64,000 nucleotides of DNA from an uncultured SAR86 cluster bacterium (GCA_902596665.1 CACJUN010000001.1:131680-195679); one strand, 5' to 3'. Positions 29,019-40,184 are shown, counted from the stretch's first letter. Made by a program: numbers and translations. Notes: a model not told the origin generated them from the sequence alone.

Positions 29019-29255
29019 ATGGAATCACTAAGGAACGAAATTAATTTTAGGTCAAGAAGAGGTCTTCAGGAGCTTGATATTCTTCTAAAAAGATTCTTGG
29101 AAAAACATTTATCTAATTTAGAGGAATCTAGCTTAAAAGCGCTTATCGAGATATTAGATATGGAAGATAATGATTTGGCAGATTTGTTAATTTATAAGAC
29201 TGAGACCCCTAAAGAAGCTCATAGGGCTATTATCAAAAAAATTTTAAGTGCTTGA
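29019..29255 (+). CDS. sdhE: FAD assembly factor SdhE
   Basis: RSRRGLQELD (RG.xE motif), EDNDL; divergent from ygfZ. Confidence 0.85.
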   Translation: MESLRNEINFRSRRGLQELDILLKRFLEKHLSNLEESSLKALIEILDMEDNDLADLLIYKTETPKEAHRAIIKKILSA

Positions 29256-29256
29256 T

Positions 29257-29283
29257 AAACTTTTTAACAAAAAAATTGTCAAA
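29257..29283 (+). promoter_or_regulatory. candidate sigmaE autoregulatory promoter
   Basis: AAACTT-N16-TCAAA (consensus GAACTT-N16-TCAAA), 5 nt before the rpoE GTG. Confidence 0.5.
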
Positions 29284-29288
29284 CTAAA

Positions 29289-29870
29289 GTGAATTCAGAA
29301 AAAACATTAATCAAACTCAGTAAGGAAGGCAATAAACATGCTTTTGAGGCCCTAGTCATTAAACATCAAGATAAGTTAATGGGTTCATTAAACAAAATTT
29401 TCAAAAATCCAACTTTTTCTGAAGACATAGCTCAGGAAGCTTTTATTAAGGCTTATATAAATATCGGAGGCTTCAAGGAAGATAGTGCTTTTTTTACCTG
29501 GCTTTACCGAATTGCAGTAAATACAGCAAAGAATCATCTTTCTAGTAAATATAACAAAAATGAAATTATCGAGTCTGAAATAGATGAAAACATCCTTACT
29601 CAGATAGGCATTGATTCACCAAGCCCGGAATCAATTTTAGAAGCCAATACTTTGAGAGATAAGCTTTTTCAATGTCTTAATGACATGCCAGAAGAGATTA
29701 AATCTGCCATAACTCTTAGAGAATTCAATGGCCTTAACTACGAGGAGATTGCAAAAATATGTAATTGTCCAGTTGGTACGGTAAGGTCAAGAATATTCAG
29801 AGGGAGGCAAATATTAGATGAAATACAAATTTCTATAAATAACGAGGCGAAAAAGAATAATGGAAGATAG
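29289..29870 (+). CDS. rpoE: ECF sigma factor RpoE/AlgU
   Basis: DIAQEAFIKAY, FFTWLYRIAVNTAKN, CPVGTVRSRIFRGR. Confidence 0.93.
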   Translation: MNSEKTLIKLSKEGNKHAFEALVIKHQDKLMGSLNKIFKNPTFSEDIAQEAFIKAYINIGGFKEDSAFFTWLYRIAVNTAKNHLSSKYNKNEIIESEIDENILTQIGIDSPSPESILEANTLRDKLFQCLNDMPEEIKSAITLREFNGLNYEEIAKICNCPVGTVRSRIFRGRQILDEIQISINNEAKKNNGR

Positions 29871-30561
29871 CATAGAACATAGACTGTCTGCTCTGCTAGA
29901 TGGAGAAACGTCTGAATTTGAGACTAGACGGCTTATTGAAGAAATAAATAAAAATCCTGAGATTAAGAATCTTTGGATAAGAATGAATAAGACCAAATCC
30001 TTACTGACTGCAGAAATAGATTTCTCTGCAAGAAATATCGCTTCATCAGTCATTGAAGAGTTAGATGCTTCTAACATCAAACAAGTAAAATTCTCAAATG
30101 ATAAAAAATCAAAACAATTAAAGTATTACGGTTTTGCATTTGGTGTTTTATTATCACTGGGCCTTGTTTTTCAACCCTTTGTAACTCAAGAAAAAGAGTC
30201 GTTTAAGTCAACTTCTGTTATACCTGCGCTATCAATTGGAAATATTCCGGTATCATCAAATGAAAGTTATTTGCAAGAGATAGGTAACAATCTAAAAGGC
30301 AGCCTCAAGAAAATAGAATTTATGGAAGAAGGGGACATAATCGCAAATTACGTAGAGAACGATTCAAAAAGGAGTTTTAAGCTTAGAGTTTTATTCAGAG
30401 ACCTTTCAATAGAAGATAGAATTAAGTTATCTTCTACGGGAATAACGGTCCATTCTTTGGCAAACGATAAACCAGTAGTCATAAACTTATCAAGCGATGA
30501 AATCAATAACCAAGGCTTGGTTGAATTGTCGAACAGGATTTTTTTAAATTTAAGGAAATAA
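29860..30561 (+). CDS. rseA: anti-sigma factor RseA/MucA-like
   Basis: LSALLDGE N-terminus, single TM, position after rpoE. Confidence 0.75.
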   Translation: MEDSIEHRLSALLDGETSEFETRRLIEEINKNPEIKNLWIRMNKTKSLLTAEIDFSARNIASSVIEELDASNIKQVKFSNDKKSKQLKYYGFAFGVLLSLGLVFQPFVTQEKESFKSTSVIPALSIGNIPVSSNESYLQEIGNNLKGSLKKIEFMEEGDIIANYVENDSKRSFKLRVLFRDLSIEDRIKLSSTGITVHSLANDKPVVINLSSDEINNQGLVELSNRIFLNLRK

Positions 30562-30562
30562 A

Positions 30563-31981
30563 ATGAAAAAATTTTCAATATCACTGATTTTTCTTCTGCT
30601 TAGCATTTCTGTAACAGCAGATTATCCAGATTTTTCTGACTTAGTTGATGAAGCAGCTCCTGCTGTAGTGAATGTAAGTGTCATTAAAACAATCAGCACC
30701 CAGAACAGGATGAATCCTTTTAGTAGAAGACAAAATCCATTTGATGATTTTTTTAATTTCCCTTTTCCATTTGAAGATGAACCCAGAAGAGAGCAAGAAA
30801 GAGAGGTCAGATCAGGTGGCTCTGGTTTTATTATTTCAAAAGACGGTTACATAATAACGAATCATCATGTCGTAGAAGATGCTTCACAGATTTTTGTCAG
30901 TCTAAACGATAGGCGAGAATTCATAGCTGAACTTATTGGAAGTGATAAAAAATCTGATGTAGCTCTACTGAAGATATCTGCAAAAGAATCCTTACCTTTT
31001 TTAGATTTGGGAGACTCTGATGATGTGGATGTAGGTGACTGGGTACTAGCCATTGGTTCGCCTTATAGACTAAATTTTTCGGTCACAGCAGGAATTATTA
31101 GCGCCAAAGCTAGAAGTGTTCCTGGTCAAGGAACTTCTTATATTCCTTTTTTACAATCTGATGTTGCGATTAATCCAGGAAATTCAGGAGGTCCTCTATT
31201 CAATTTAGATGGTGAAGTAATCGGTATCAATGCAATGATTTACTCAAACAGAGGGGGATACATGGGGATTTCTTTCACAATACCTATCAACTATGCCCAA
31301 GAAATTATTGATCAATTAAGAGAAGATGGTTTTGTTAAAAGAGGCTGGTTAGGAGTAAGCGTTCAAGAAGTAACAAAGGATCTAGCGGATTCTTTTGGAT
31401 TGGATGTACCTAGAGGAGCACTAATTGGAAGCGTTTTAACCGATAGCCCTGCTGAATCTTCAGGCCTTAAAGATGGTGACGTAATTGTAGATTTTGATGG
31501 GAATGAAATTATTTACTCAGGTGATCTACCAATGGTTGTCGGTAGAATCTCCCCTGGAGAGGAAGTCAAGGCTACTGTTTACAGAGACGGTAGAAAAAAA
31601 TCTATCAGGGTGACTGTAGGAGAACTAGAAGAACCTGAAGAGGATAGTAACCCAATTGCTTCAGCACCAAAAAATAACAGACTTGGTATGATGGTTGAAG
31701 ATTTTGAAGACATAGCTGAGAGAAGAAATACGGACGTTGAAAAGATAAAAGAAAATTTTGGCGTTAAAGAAGGCGTAGTGGTAAGCAGGGTAGTTTCTGG
31801 GCCTGCCTTTGATGCAGGGCTGAGAAGAGGAGATGTGATCACAAGAATCGGCATGACTAATGTTTCGTCCAAAACAGAATATGAAAATGCTCTTGAAGAT
31901 TTGAATAATGAAAATGTTATCCCTTTAAGGTTTGTAAGAAACAAAAATGGTGCATTTGTTACGATAAAAATTAAAAAATAA
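30563..31981 (+). CDS. degP: DegP/MucD periplasmic serine protease with two PDZ domains
   Basis: GSGFII, TNHHVV, SDVALLK, INPGNSGGPL, RGWLGV. Confidence 0.92.
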   Translation: MKKFSISLIFLLLSISVTADYPDFSDLVDEAAPAVVNVSVIKTISTQNRMNPFSRRQNPFDDFFNFPFPFEDEPRREQEREVRSGGSGFIISKDGYIITNHHVVEDASQIFVSLNDRREFIAELIGSDKKSDVALLKISAKESLPFLDLGDSDDVDVGDWVLAIGSPYRLNFSVTAGIISAKARSVPGQGTSYIPFLQSDVAINPGNSGGPLFNLDGEVIGINAMIYSNRGGYMGISFTIPINYAQEIIDQLREDGFVKRGWLGVSVQEVTKDLADSFGLDVPRGALIGSVLTDSPAESSGLKDGDVIVDFDGNEIIYSGDLPMVVGRISPGEEVKATVYRDGRKKSIRVTVGELEEPEEDSNPIASAPKNNRLGMMVEDFEDIAERRNTDVEKIKENFGVKEGVVVSRVVSGPAFDAGLRRGDVITRIGMTNVSSKTEYENALEDLNNENVIPLRFVRNKNGAFVTIKIKK

Positions 31982-32018
31982 GGGATAATTGTCCAGCTTT
32001 TTTAAAAAGCACTAAATA

Positions 32019-33800
32019 ATGGACAACATAAGAAATTTTTCGATCATAGCTCACATTGATCACGGTAAATCCACTCTAGCTGATAGGCTCATAGAACACT
32101 GTGGAGGCTTATCTTCTAGAGAGATGAAAGAGCAAGTCTTAGATTCTCTCGAACTTGAAAGAGAAAGGGGCATAACAATCAAGGCTCAATCTGTTTTTCT
32201 TGAATACTCAACTAAAGAAGGGACTAATTATCAACTAAACCTAATTGATACTCCGGGACATGTAGACTTTTCTTACGAAGTTTCGAGATCTCTGGCAGCA
32301 TGTGAAGGAGCAATTCTCCTCGTTGATGCTTCACAAGGCGTTGAAGCTCAGACAGTTTCAACTTGTTATACAGCGATAGAGCAGGGCGTTAATATTTTTC
32401 CTGTATTGAATAAAATCGATCTTCCTCAAGCCGACCCAGATAAGGTTAGGAAGGAAATTGAAGAAATTATAGGAATAGATGCGTCTGATTGCCCTGAAAT
32501 CAGTGCAAAGAATGGACAGGGTATTGATAATCTTCTTGAACAATTAGTAGTTCAAGTTCCGCCCCCAGATGATACAGATGATTCTCTACAAGCTCTCATA
32601 ATTGACTCATGGTTTGATCAATACCTTGGGGTAGTGTCTCTGATAAGAATTTTTTCTGGATCAATAGACCTAGGTCAAAAAGTAAAAATTAGTTCAAATA
32701 ATCAAATTCATACTGTTGAAAAAATTGGTGTATTCACTCCAAAACCTGAAGATAGAAAATCACTCTCCAAAGGAGATGTTGGATTTATTTGTGCGGGGGT
32801 AAGAGAGGTAAGAGGAGCTCCAGTAGGTGACACTATATGTTTACCTAAAGATACAAAAATACTTCCTGGATTTAAAAAGATTAATCCTCAGGTTTTTGCT
32901 GCTTTATACCCTCTAGACTCAGGAGAATTTGAATCATTTAGAGAATCTTTAGAAAAATTAGCCATTAATGATGCGGCTTTATCTTTTCACCCGGAGCAGA
33001 GTCAAGCTTTAGGGTCTGGTTTTAGATGTGGGTTTTTAGGCACTCTTCATATGGAAATTGTGATTGAGAGAATTAAAAGAGAGTATGGCATAGAGCTTCT
33101 AGCTACAGCTCCTACGGTTGTTTATGAAATTGAAAACAAGGGAGGAGAGATTGAGGAAGTTGAAAACCCTAGCAAATTTCCTGATCCTGCTTCTATCGAA
33201 AAGATTCGTGAACCTATTGCGAAAGCTACCGTGCTTACTCCAGAAACCTATGTAGGAAACGTAATCGAATTATGCGTTGAAAAAAGAGGCGTACAGAAAT
33301 CATTAAGGTATGTCGGTGGGCAAATTGAATTAGTTTATGACTTACCTATGAATGAGATAATTTTAGATTTTTTTGATCGGCTAAAATCAACTAGCAAAGG
33401 ATACGCTTCTCTTGATTATGATTTTGATCGTTTTCAAGAAAGCCAAATGGTGAAAATGGATATCTTATTAAATGGAGAAAAAGTTGATGCCCTAAGCTCT
33501 ATGGTTCACAAATCCCAATCTGATTTTAAAGGAAGGCAACTCGTTAAATCGTTAAGAGAAGTTATTCCTCGTCAGATGTATGATGTCGCTATCCAAGCTG
33601 CAATAGGAGGAAAGATTCTTGCAAGAGAAACAGTCAAAGCTTTTAGAAAAGATGTTACTGCTAAACTCTATGGAGGAGATGTTACTAGAAAGAAAAAACT
33701 TTTAGAGAAACAAAAAGCTGGGAAGAAAAAAATGAGACATATTGGAAAGGTTGAAGTTCCCCAAGAAGCTTTCCTTTCAGTACTGAAAGTAAATAAATAA
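32019..33800 (+). CDS. lepA: elongation factor 4
   Basis: [48 protein letters not shown]. Confidence 0.98.
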   Translation: MDNIRNFSIIAHIDHGKSTLADRLIEHCGGLSSREMKEQVLDSLELERERGITIKAQSVFLEYSTKEGTNYQLNLIDTPGHVDFSYEVSRSLAACEGAILLVDASQGVEAQTVSTCYTAIEQGVNIFPVLNKIDLPQADPDKVRKEIEEIIGIDASDCPEISAKNGQGIDNLLEQLVVQVPPPDDTDDSLQALIIDSWFDQYLGVVSLIRIFSGSIDLGQKVKISSNNQIHTVEKIGVFTPKPEDRKSLSKGDVGFICAGVREVRGAPVGDTICLPKDTKILPGFKKINPQVFAALYPLDSGEFESFRESLEKLAINDAALSFHPEQSQALGSGFRCGFLGTLHMEIVIERIKREYGIELLATAPTVVYEIENKGGEIEEVENPSKFPDPASIEKIREPIAKATVLTPETYVGNVIELCVEKRGVQKSLRYVGGQIELVYDLPMNEIILDFFDRLKSTSKGYASLDYDFDRFQESQMVKMDILLNGEKVDALSSMVHKSQSDFKGRQLVKSLREVIPRQMYDVAIQAAIGGKILARETVKAFRKDVTAKLYGGDVTRKKKLLEKQKAGKKKMRHIGKVEVPQEAFLSVLKVNK

Positions 33801-34780
33801 TGAATTATTATTTTCTTCTTTATTTTTCTTTGCTGATCTCTTTATTAGGTATTGTTGGCTGGTTAGTTTCCGAGGCTAAATACGAAGGACGACACTCAAA
33901 ATTAATTAACAGAATAACCTTTGTTTTTCCATTTTTTGCTCTTTATGCTTGGTTTAGACTGAATCTAGACTTTGGCGTAGTTCTTGTTTTTTTGACTTTT
34001 GGCTCCCTGTTGATTTGGCTGCTTGCCAAATATTTAGCCATTCCTAGAGCAAGCAAAGAGAGTAGAAGTTTTTTTATCATCATATTAGCAATAACGATCT
34101 TTCGTTCTTTTTTATATGAACCTTTCCAAATTCCTTCATCTTCTATGTTTCCAGGATTGAAAATAGGAGATTTTTTGTTAGTAGAGAAATTTACATATGG
34201 ATTAAGAAACCCAGTAAATCAAAAAACTTTCATTCCTACAGGAAAACCAAAAAGAGGTGATGTGGTAATTTTTGTTCCAGAACACACTAAATGTAGCTCT
34301 GATTTTGATATTGCTAATCCTAGAGGATCTTATTCATCAGATAGAGAGAAAAATCAGAGAATGTATTACTGGAGCATCTTGTCTGAAAATTGCACTTCAC
34401 AGGGTGTTAAATATATTAAGAGGGTAATAGCTGAACCAGGCGATGAAGTTATTTATAGAAATAAAGAATTCATAATTAACGGCATTAAACTTGACCAAAA
34501 AATTCTTGATAAGAGAGATCAAGAGGAATTAATCGAGGAAATAAACGAAGGCAAGGAATATATTGTTCGAAAACTTTCTAGAAAACCTGAGAACGGTTCC
34601 TGGAATGTTCCCGAAGGATATTATTTTCTTGCTGGAGATAATAGAGATAACAGCCTTGATAGCAGAAGATGGGGACTAGTTCCACAAGAAGAAATTACCG
34701 GTAAAGCCTCACTAATCTGGATGCATTGGGAGTGTTTTTCGTGTTTGCCGTCATTGTCAAGAAATGGACTTATCAAATAA
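33800..34780 (+). CDS. lepB: signal peptidase I
   Basis: PFQIPSSSMFPGL (Ser), YIKRV (Lys), GDNRDNSLDSRRWG. Confidence 0.95.
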   Translation: MNYYFLLYFSLLISLLGIVGWLVSEAKYEGRHSKLINRITFVFPFFALYAWFRLNLDFGVVLVFLTFGSLLIWLLAKYLAIPRASKESRSFFIIILAITIFRSFLYEPFQIPSSSMFPGLKIGDFLLVEKFTYGLRNPVNQKTFIPTGKPKRGDVVIFVPEHTKCSSDFDIANPRGSYSSDREKNQRMYYWSILSENCTSQGVKYIKRVIAEPGDEVIYRNKEFIINGIKLDQKILDKRDQEELIEEINEGKEYIVRKLSRKPENGSWNVPEGYYFLAGDNRDNSLDSRRWGLVPQEEITGKASLIWMHWECFSCLPSLSRNGLIK

Positions 34781-35429
34781 TTTAGATTCTTTAGAGGAAC
34801 TACTCTCATATAAATTTTCTAAAAGAGAATTATTAAAACTTTCACTAACTCATAGGAGTTTTTCTCAAGAAAATAATGAAATTTATGAATTTTTAGGCGA
34901 CTCAATTATTAATCTGTGCGCATCAATCTGGCTAATGAATAAAAATAAAGATTTAAGTGAGGGTGAGTTAAGTTCTCTAAGATCAAAAATTGTTAGCAGA
35001 AAAAATCTAGGAAGGCTTGCTAAAAATTTTAAATTGGAGGAATTTGTAATACTGGGAAATTCAATTAGTAGAAAAAAAATCCATCAAACAGAAATTTTAG
35101 GGAATACTTTTGAGTCATTAGTTGCCGCCATCTACTTCGATTCAAACTTTGAGAATACTTCTAATTGGTTGTCTCAAGTTTTTGAAAAATACAGCGATTT
35201 GATGGATTTATCTCTGGAAAAAGACTCAAAAACAGAGCTCCAAGAGCTCCTGCAAAAAAGGCAACTACCTTTACCAAAATATCTGAATACTTCACCGAAA
35301 GAAGGTTTATTCGAAAGCTCCATAGTATCTGAACATAACAAACACTTTTTAGGTAAAGGCTCGAGTATCAAAGAGGCAGAGAAAGATGCTGCTGAAAATT
35401 ATTTGAAACACTTGATGAAAGATGAGTAA
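34764..35429 (+). CDS. rnc: ribonuclease III
   Basis: LTHRS, NE..EFLGDS, dsRBD KDSKTELQELLQ; synteny. Confidence 0.93.
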   Translation: MDLSNNLDSLEELLSYKFSKRELLKLSLTHRSFSQENNEIYEFLGDSIINLCASIWLMNKNKDLSEGELSSLRSKIVSRKNLGRLAKNFKLEEFVILGNSISRKKIHQTEILGNTFESLVAAIYFDSNFENTSNWLSQVFEKYSDLMDLSLEKDSKTELQELLQKRQLPLPKYLNTSPKEGLFESSIVSEHNKHFLGKGSSIKEAEKDAAENYLKHLMKDE

Positions 35430-36324
35430 GTTTGGATTTATATCAATAGTTGGAAAAACTAATGTTGGTAAATCTACCTTGCTCAATAAAATTTTGGAAA
35501 GAAAGTTAGCGATTACATCAAGGAAGCCTCAAACCACAAGAAATAGAATTCTAGGAGCATGGAATCATGAAGATATGCAGGCAATATTTCTTGATACGCC
35601 CGGTGTTCATACTGGCCATAAAAAAGCTCTAAATAAATATATGAATCAGGTGGCAATGCATGCTTTAAAGAATGTTGACCTTATTTTGTTCATTGTCGAT
35701 CGAGATAGATGGGGTGAGGAAGAAGAAAGAATTATCAAGCAATTAAACGGATCTAAAATCCCCGTAATTCTGGTGATAAATAAGATAGACAGGATAAAGA
35801 ATAAAGAAGATTTGTTACCAACAATAGAAAAATTAAAAGCAAAGTTTGATTTTGAAGAGATCATCCCTATATCAGCCCTGAAAAATAAAAATGCTCCAAA
35901 AGAGCTGTATGAAGTAATTATTAATTATCTACCTCATGGCCAACCGCATTACGAAGAAGATTTTGTAACAGACTTGTCTAAGGAATTTTTTATCTCAGAG
36001 ATAATCAGAGAAAAGGCCATAAATAGGTTGGGCGATGAACTACCTTACAGCATCAGCATCATCATAGATGCCTTAAAGGAAGATAAGAAATTACTCAGTA
36101 TTTCTGCAACCATTTACGTGGATAGTAAGTCACATAAACCTATATTGCTGGGTAAAAAAGGGGATATGATGAAATCTATTGGAACGGCAGCAAGAAAAGA
36201 AATTCAATTTGAGTACGATAAAAAAGTATTTTTAGAATTATGGGTGAAAGTCAAAAAAAAATGGACCGATGATGTTAACTGGATCTCTCAACTTGGCTAC
36301 GACTTGAAAAAATATGAAAACTAG
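35422..36324 (+). CDS. era: GTPase Era
   Basis: GKTNVGKSTL, KPQTTR, DTPG, NKID, KH domain. Confidence 0.96.
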   Translation: MSKFGFISIVGKTNVGKSTLLNKILERKLAITSRKPQTTRNRILGAWNHEDMQAIFLDTPGVHTGHKKALNKYMNQVAMHALKNVDLILFIVDRDRWGEEEERIIKQLNGSKIPVILVINKIDRIKNKEDLLPTIEKLKAKFDFEEIIPISALKNKNAPKELYEVIINYLPHGQPHYEEDFVTDLSKEFFISEIIREKAINRLGDELPYSISIIIDALKEDKKLLSISATIYVDSKSHKPILLGKKGDMMKSIGTAARKEIQFEYDKKVFLELWVKVKKKWTDDVNWISQLGYDLKKYEN

Positions 36325-37006
36325 AAATAGTCTAGCCTTTCTTCTACATGCAAGAGATTATTCAGAGACAAGCGTTATAGCAAGTTTTTTGACAAAGGAT
36401 TTTGGAATCCTCAATGCTTTGTTAAAAGGTGCTAAACGAAAAGGGAGTAAATTTGCAAATATCTTATCGCCAGGCTCAGAACTTTATATCAGTTACTCTG
36501 ATAAAAATGCCCTGAAAACCATCTTCGAATGTGAAATAAATAAGCAAATTCCAATAGCACCAAAAAATCTTAAAATTCTTATTTACCTCAATGAACTGAT
36601 TTTAAAAATTTTTGAAAAAGAACATGATATTCCTGTCGTATTTAAAGACTATGATGAATTAATGAGCCTTATGACAATAGATAATAAAGATGAGATCCTA
36701 GAGCTATCTTTAAGAAATTTTGAATATAGATTAATTACAGATTTAGGTTATGGTTTTGATTTGACTAAAAATGATATAGGAAGCTCAATTGAACCCGATC
36801 AGGATTATCTATTCAGTCCATTAAGAGGAATATATTCCTTGGATAAAGGAGAAATAGAATCATCCTTTAAAGGGCAGCATTTATTAGATTTTATGTCTGG
36901 AAAGTTTTCAAATAATATGACTAAGAAAGTAATAAAATCTATTTTTAGAGAATCATTGGAAGCGATCCTGGGTAAAGAGTTGAATGCAAGAAAATATTTC
37001 AATTAA
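36314..37006 (+). CDS. recO: DNA repair protein RecO
   Basis: LHARDYSETS, KGAKR, YLNEL; follows era. Confidence 0.85.
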   Translation: MKTRNSLAFLLHARDYSETSVIASFLTKDFGILNALLKGAKRKGSKFANILSPGSELYISYSDKNALKTIFECEINKQIPIAPKNLKILIYLNELILKIFEKEHDIPVVFKDYDELMSLMTIDNKDEILELSLRNFEYRLITDLGYGFDLTKNDIGSSIEPDQDYLFSPLRGIYSLDKGEIESSFKGQHLLDFMSGKFSNNMTKKVIKSIFRESLEAILGKELNARKYFN

Positions 37007-37397
37007 TAAAAAGCTGAGAAGTGGTATAGATCTCATTGAGATTAAAAGACTAGAAAAATCTTATGAAAAATTTGGAATGCGAATGCTAACAAGACTTTAT
37101 GATGAAAGTGAAATTGATATTTTTTCAAAAAGAAAAGGTTACAACGGTGCAAGGTACCTTGCTAAAAATTTTGCTGGAAAGGAAGCTGTTTCAAAAGTTT
37201 TAGGGTATGGTTTCACGAACGGAGTTCGTCCTAGAGATATTATTATTCATAGACGTTATGGCGGCCCAGAAGTGGAACTTAAAGGGAAAGCGAAAGATAT
37301 CGCTAAAAAAATAAAATTAACTGAAATATCCATAAGTCTAAGTGATACCGATTCTCTTGCCGTTGCCGTTGCTCACGCCATAAAAGAGGATACTTAA
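36984..37397 (+). CDS. acpS: holo-ACP synthase
   Basis: [25 protein letters not shown]. Confidence 0.9.
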   Translation: MQENISINKKLRSGIDLIEIKRLEKSYEKFGMRMLTRLYDESEIDIFSKRKGYNGARYLAKNFAGKEAVSKVLGYGFTNGVRPRDIIIHRRYGGPEVELKGKAKDIAKKIKLTEISISLSDTDSLAVAVAHAIKEDT

Positions 37398-38047
37398 TGA
37401 GAATTATTTTACTTGGGCCACCAGGAGCAGGAAAAGGAACTCAAGCTGAAAAAATAATACAGGCTCTCAATATACCTCATATCTCCACCGGAAATATGCT
37501 TAGAGAAGCCATTGAGGAGGGGTCGCCTTTAGGAATTGAAGCTAAAAAGGTCATGGATAAAGGAGCACTTGTTTCTGATGACATTATTGTAGGATTGGTA
37601 GTGGAAAGATTAAAAAAACCTGACTGCTCAAATGGAGTCTTATTTGATGGTTTTCCAAGAACAATTCCTCAGGCCCAAGCATTAGATGATGCCAATGTAG
37701 GAATTGATTTAATTATTGAAATTCAACTAGATGATGAAAATATTATTGAAAGAATGTCTGGAAGAAGAGTTCACATATCGTCTGGCAGGAACTACCACGT
37801 TAAATTTAATCCCCCAAAAAAGGAAGGTTTTGATGACTTAACTGGGGAAGAGTTAATTCAAAGAGATGATGATAAAAGAGAGGTGGTTGAAGAGAGATTG
37901 GTTGTCTATAGAAATCAGACTGAGCCATTAATAAGTTTCTACAAAGCCAAGCAAACAAATAATGATCTTGATTATCTTACAGTTGATGGTTCCGGGAGCG
38001 TTGAATCAATCAGTCAATTTATTCTAAATTTCTTCAGAAATAAGTGA
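37397..38047 (+). CDS. adk: adenylate kinase
   Basis: [31 protein letters not shown]. Confidence 0.97.
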   Translation: MRIILLGPPGAGKGTQAEKIIQALNIPHISTGNMLREAIEEGSPLGIEAKKVMDKGALVSDDIIVGLVVERLKKPDCSNGVLFDGFPRTIPQAQALDDANVGIDLIIEIQLDDENIIERMSGRRVHISSGRNYHVKFNPPKKEGFDDLTGEELIQRDDDKREVVEERLVVYRNQTEPLISFYKAKQTNNDLDYLTVDGSGSVESISQFILNFFRNK

Positions 38048-38700
38048 ACGTACTTGCAATCGAAACGTCTGCAATATATTGCTCAATTGCAGTTTTCAAA
38101 GATGGGCAAATATTTTTTAAAGAAGATACGAACAAAAGTCAGCATGGAAAAGTCATTCTTGCATTGATCGATGAGCTTTTGGACCAATCTCAATTATCCC
38201 TGGAGCAATTAGATAAAATTTTAATAAGTTACGGTCCAGGATCTTTTACGGGCTTGAGAATCGGATGTGGAGTTGCTCAATCCTTTAACTTAATTCACAG
38301 AATTAAATGTTTCGGAATCTCTAGCCTCAAAGTTCTAGCTTCAACTGCTTATCAAAATGAATTAAAAGGAAAAGTAGTCAGTTTAATTAGCTTAGGTATG
38401 GGAGAATTTGCTGCCTCAAAATTTGATGAAAAAGAAAGTCTTTTAGATAGCAAAACTGAGGAATTTATCTTGCAAAATGAGGATCTTGCAACTTTCTTTA
38501 AGGAGCATAAAGATTATCATGTGATAACTTCGTCAGAAAATACAGATATGATGAATATTCTTAAAAGCAAAAATTTTTCTTTTATACAGCCTGAGGCAAA
38601 AAGTATGTTCGAGTTTATTACCAGCAGTGATTTAGCGTCTCCACAGGGCGATAGCTTTATAGTGCCGAATTACCTATCCAATAAAGATCACTGGAAATAG
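38044..38700 (+). CDS. tsaB: tRNA threonylcarbamoyladenosine protein TsaB
   Basis: [17 protein letters not shown]. Confidence 0.88.
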   Translation: MNVLAIETSAIYCSIAVFKDGQIFFKEDTNKSQHGKVILALIDELLDQSQLSLEQLDKILISYGPGSFTGLRIGCGVAQSFNLIHRIKCFGISSLKVLASTAYQNELKGKVVSLISLGMGEFAASKFDEKESLLDSKTEEFILQNEDLATFFKEHKDYHVITSSENTDMMNILKSKNFSFIQPEAKSMFEFITSSDLASPQGDSFIVPNYLSNKDHWK

Positions 38701-38706
38701 TTCCAC

Positions 38707-39486
38707 ATGGATTTAATTCAGATAGTCGTTTTATCAATAGTACAAGGAATAACCGAATTTCTTCCTATAAGTAGTTCAGCTCATTTGATCCTAATTTCAA
38801 AGTTGTCTGGCTGGCAGGATCAAGGAATACTCTTTGATATATATGTTCATGGCGGTAGCCTTTTTGCGATAATTTACGCCTTTAGAAAGGAAGTCAGCGT
38901 ATTAATTCAAAGAGTATTTTCCCCTTACAAGCAAAATCTATTTTTGTGTTTAATAGTAGCAACCTTACCTGTTGCATTAGTTGGTTTCCTAGGAGGGGAT
39001 TTTATTGAACAGAATTTTCGTTCTTTGGAATTTCTAATTCTCACCACTTTTTTATTTGCAATTTTCTTATACATTGCAGATAAATACGGTAGAAAAACGA
39101 ATTCAATCGAATCCATTGATCTCAAAGATTCTTTTATCGTTGGCATGTTTCAAATATTTGCTCTCATGCCAGGGGTCTCAAGATCGGCCATCACTATGAT
39201 CGGAGCTTTAATATTAAGCTATAGCAGGGAAGATGCAGCTAGATTCTCTTTTCTTTTATCAATACCTACATTGTCGGCAGTCTTATTGGGAAGCTCTATA
39301 GAAGCAATTCAATCAGAAGAGACCATTGACTGGTCTATTTTAATTCTTGGCGGATTAATTTCCTTTGCTATATCGCTTTTATGCATTAATTTATTTTTAT
39401 CTTTCATACAAAAAATAGGATTCACTCCCTTTGTTTTGTACAGAATTATCCTATCGATCACATTAGTTGGAATCTTGTGGATTTAG
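38707..39486 (+). CDS. uppP: undecaprenyl-diphosphate phosphatase
   Basis: QGITEFLPISSSAH, PGVSRSAIT, ARFSFLLSIP. Confidence 0.95.
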   Translation: MDLIQIVVLSIVQGITEFLPISSSAHLILISKLSGWQDQGILFDIYVHGGSLFAIIYAFRKEVSVLIQRVFSPYKQNLFLCLIVATLPVALVGFLGGDFIEQNFRSLEFLILTTFLFAIFLYIADKYGRKTNSIESIDLKDSFIVGMFQIFALMPGVSRSAITMIGALILSYSREDAARFSFLLSIPTLSAVLLGSSIEAIQSEETIDWSILILGGLISFAISLLCINLFLSFIQKIGFTPFVLYRIILSITLVGILWI

Positions 39487-40184
39487 TAATTGATAAGCTT
39501 GACGATAATTTAAAACTTAGAGAATTTGCTGCTAGGCATCAGATACCTGCAGTATCGGATATAGGTTCATCGAAATTGAAATATTTAGTTACTGAAAGAA
39601 ATGAACAATTTCTGTTCAAAGATCTCAGAAGAAAAAAATCACATTTTTTTTCTTTAGATCTCAAGCCTATGAATGTTGATAAAATTTTTAAATCCAATTT
39701 TTCAAAATGTTTCCTTTCCCTTGATAAAAATTTACATGTATTTGACTCTACAGCCGGTTTATTAAATGATTCTGTTCACATTGCTAATATGGGTTTCCAA
39801 GTTACCGCAGTAGAGAAGATCTCATGGCTATATGAAGTCATGAAAAATGAGCTAGATTTAGCAAAATTAGGAGACTCTGTATTAGAAAACATCAATCTCC
39901 AGTATGGAGACTCGCTTGAATTAGCAGAAAAAACGAAGCCCGATGTTATTTATTTTGATCCGGTCTTTGATCTCAAAAAAAAAGCAACTGCTAAACAACC
40001 TATGGAACTTCTTAGAACAATAGCATCAGATAAAAATCCTCAAGACTGCATTAAACATCTTCTAGACTGCTGTTCAGAAAGATTAATCTATAAACGACAC
40101 AAAAAACAAAAATCAACTTTTCAAAAATTTATTACTTTTTCTGTTATGGGAAAGTCTGTTGCCTTTGACGTGTATCAAAAATAA
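39477..40184 (+). CDS. rsmJ: class I SAM methyltransferase, RsmJ-like
   Basis: VFDSTAGL..DS, YFDPVF, KRH. Confidence 0.65.
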   Translation: MDLVIDKLDDNLKLREFAARHQIPAVSDIGSSKLKYLVTERNEQFLFKDLRRKKSHFFSLDLKPMNVDKIFKSNFSKCFLSLDKNLHVFDSTAGLLNDSVHIANMGFQVTAVEKISWLYEVMKNELDLAKLGDSVLENINLQYGDSLELAEKTKPDVIYFDPVFDLKKKATAKQPMELLRTIASDKNPQDCIKHLLDCCSERLIYKRHKKQKSTFQKFITFSVMGKSVAFDVYQK

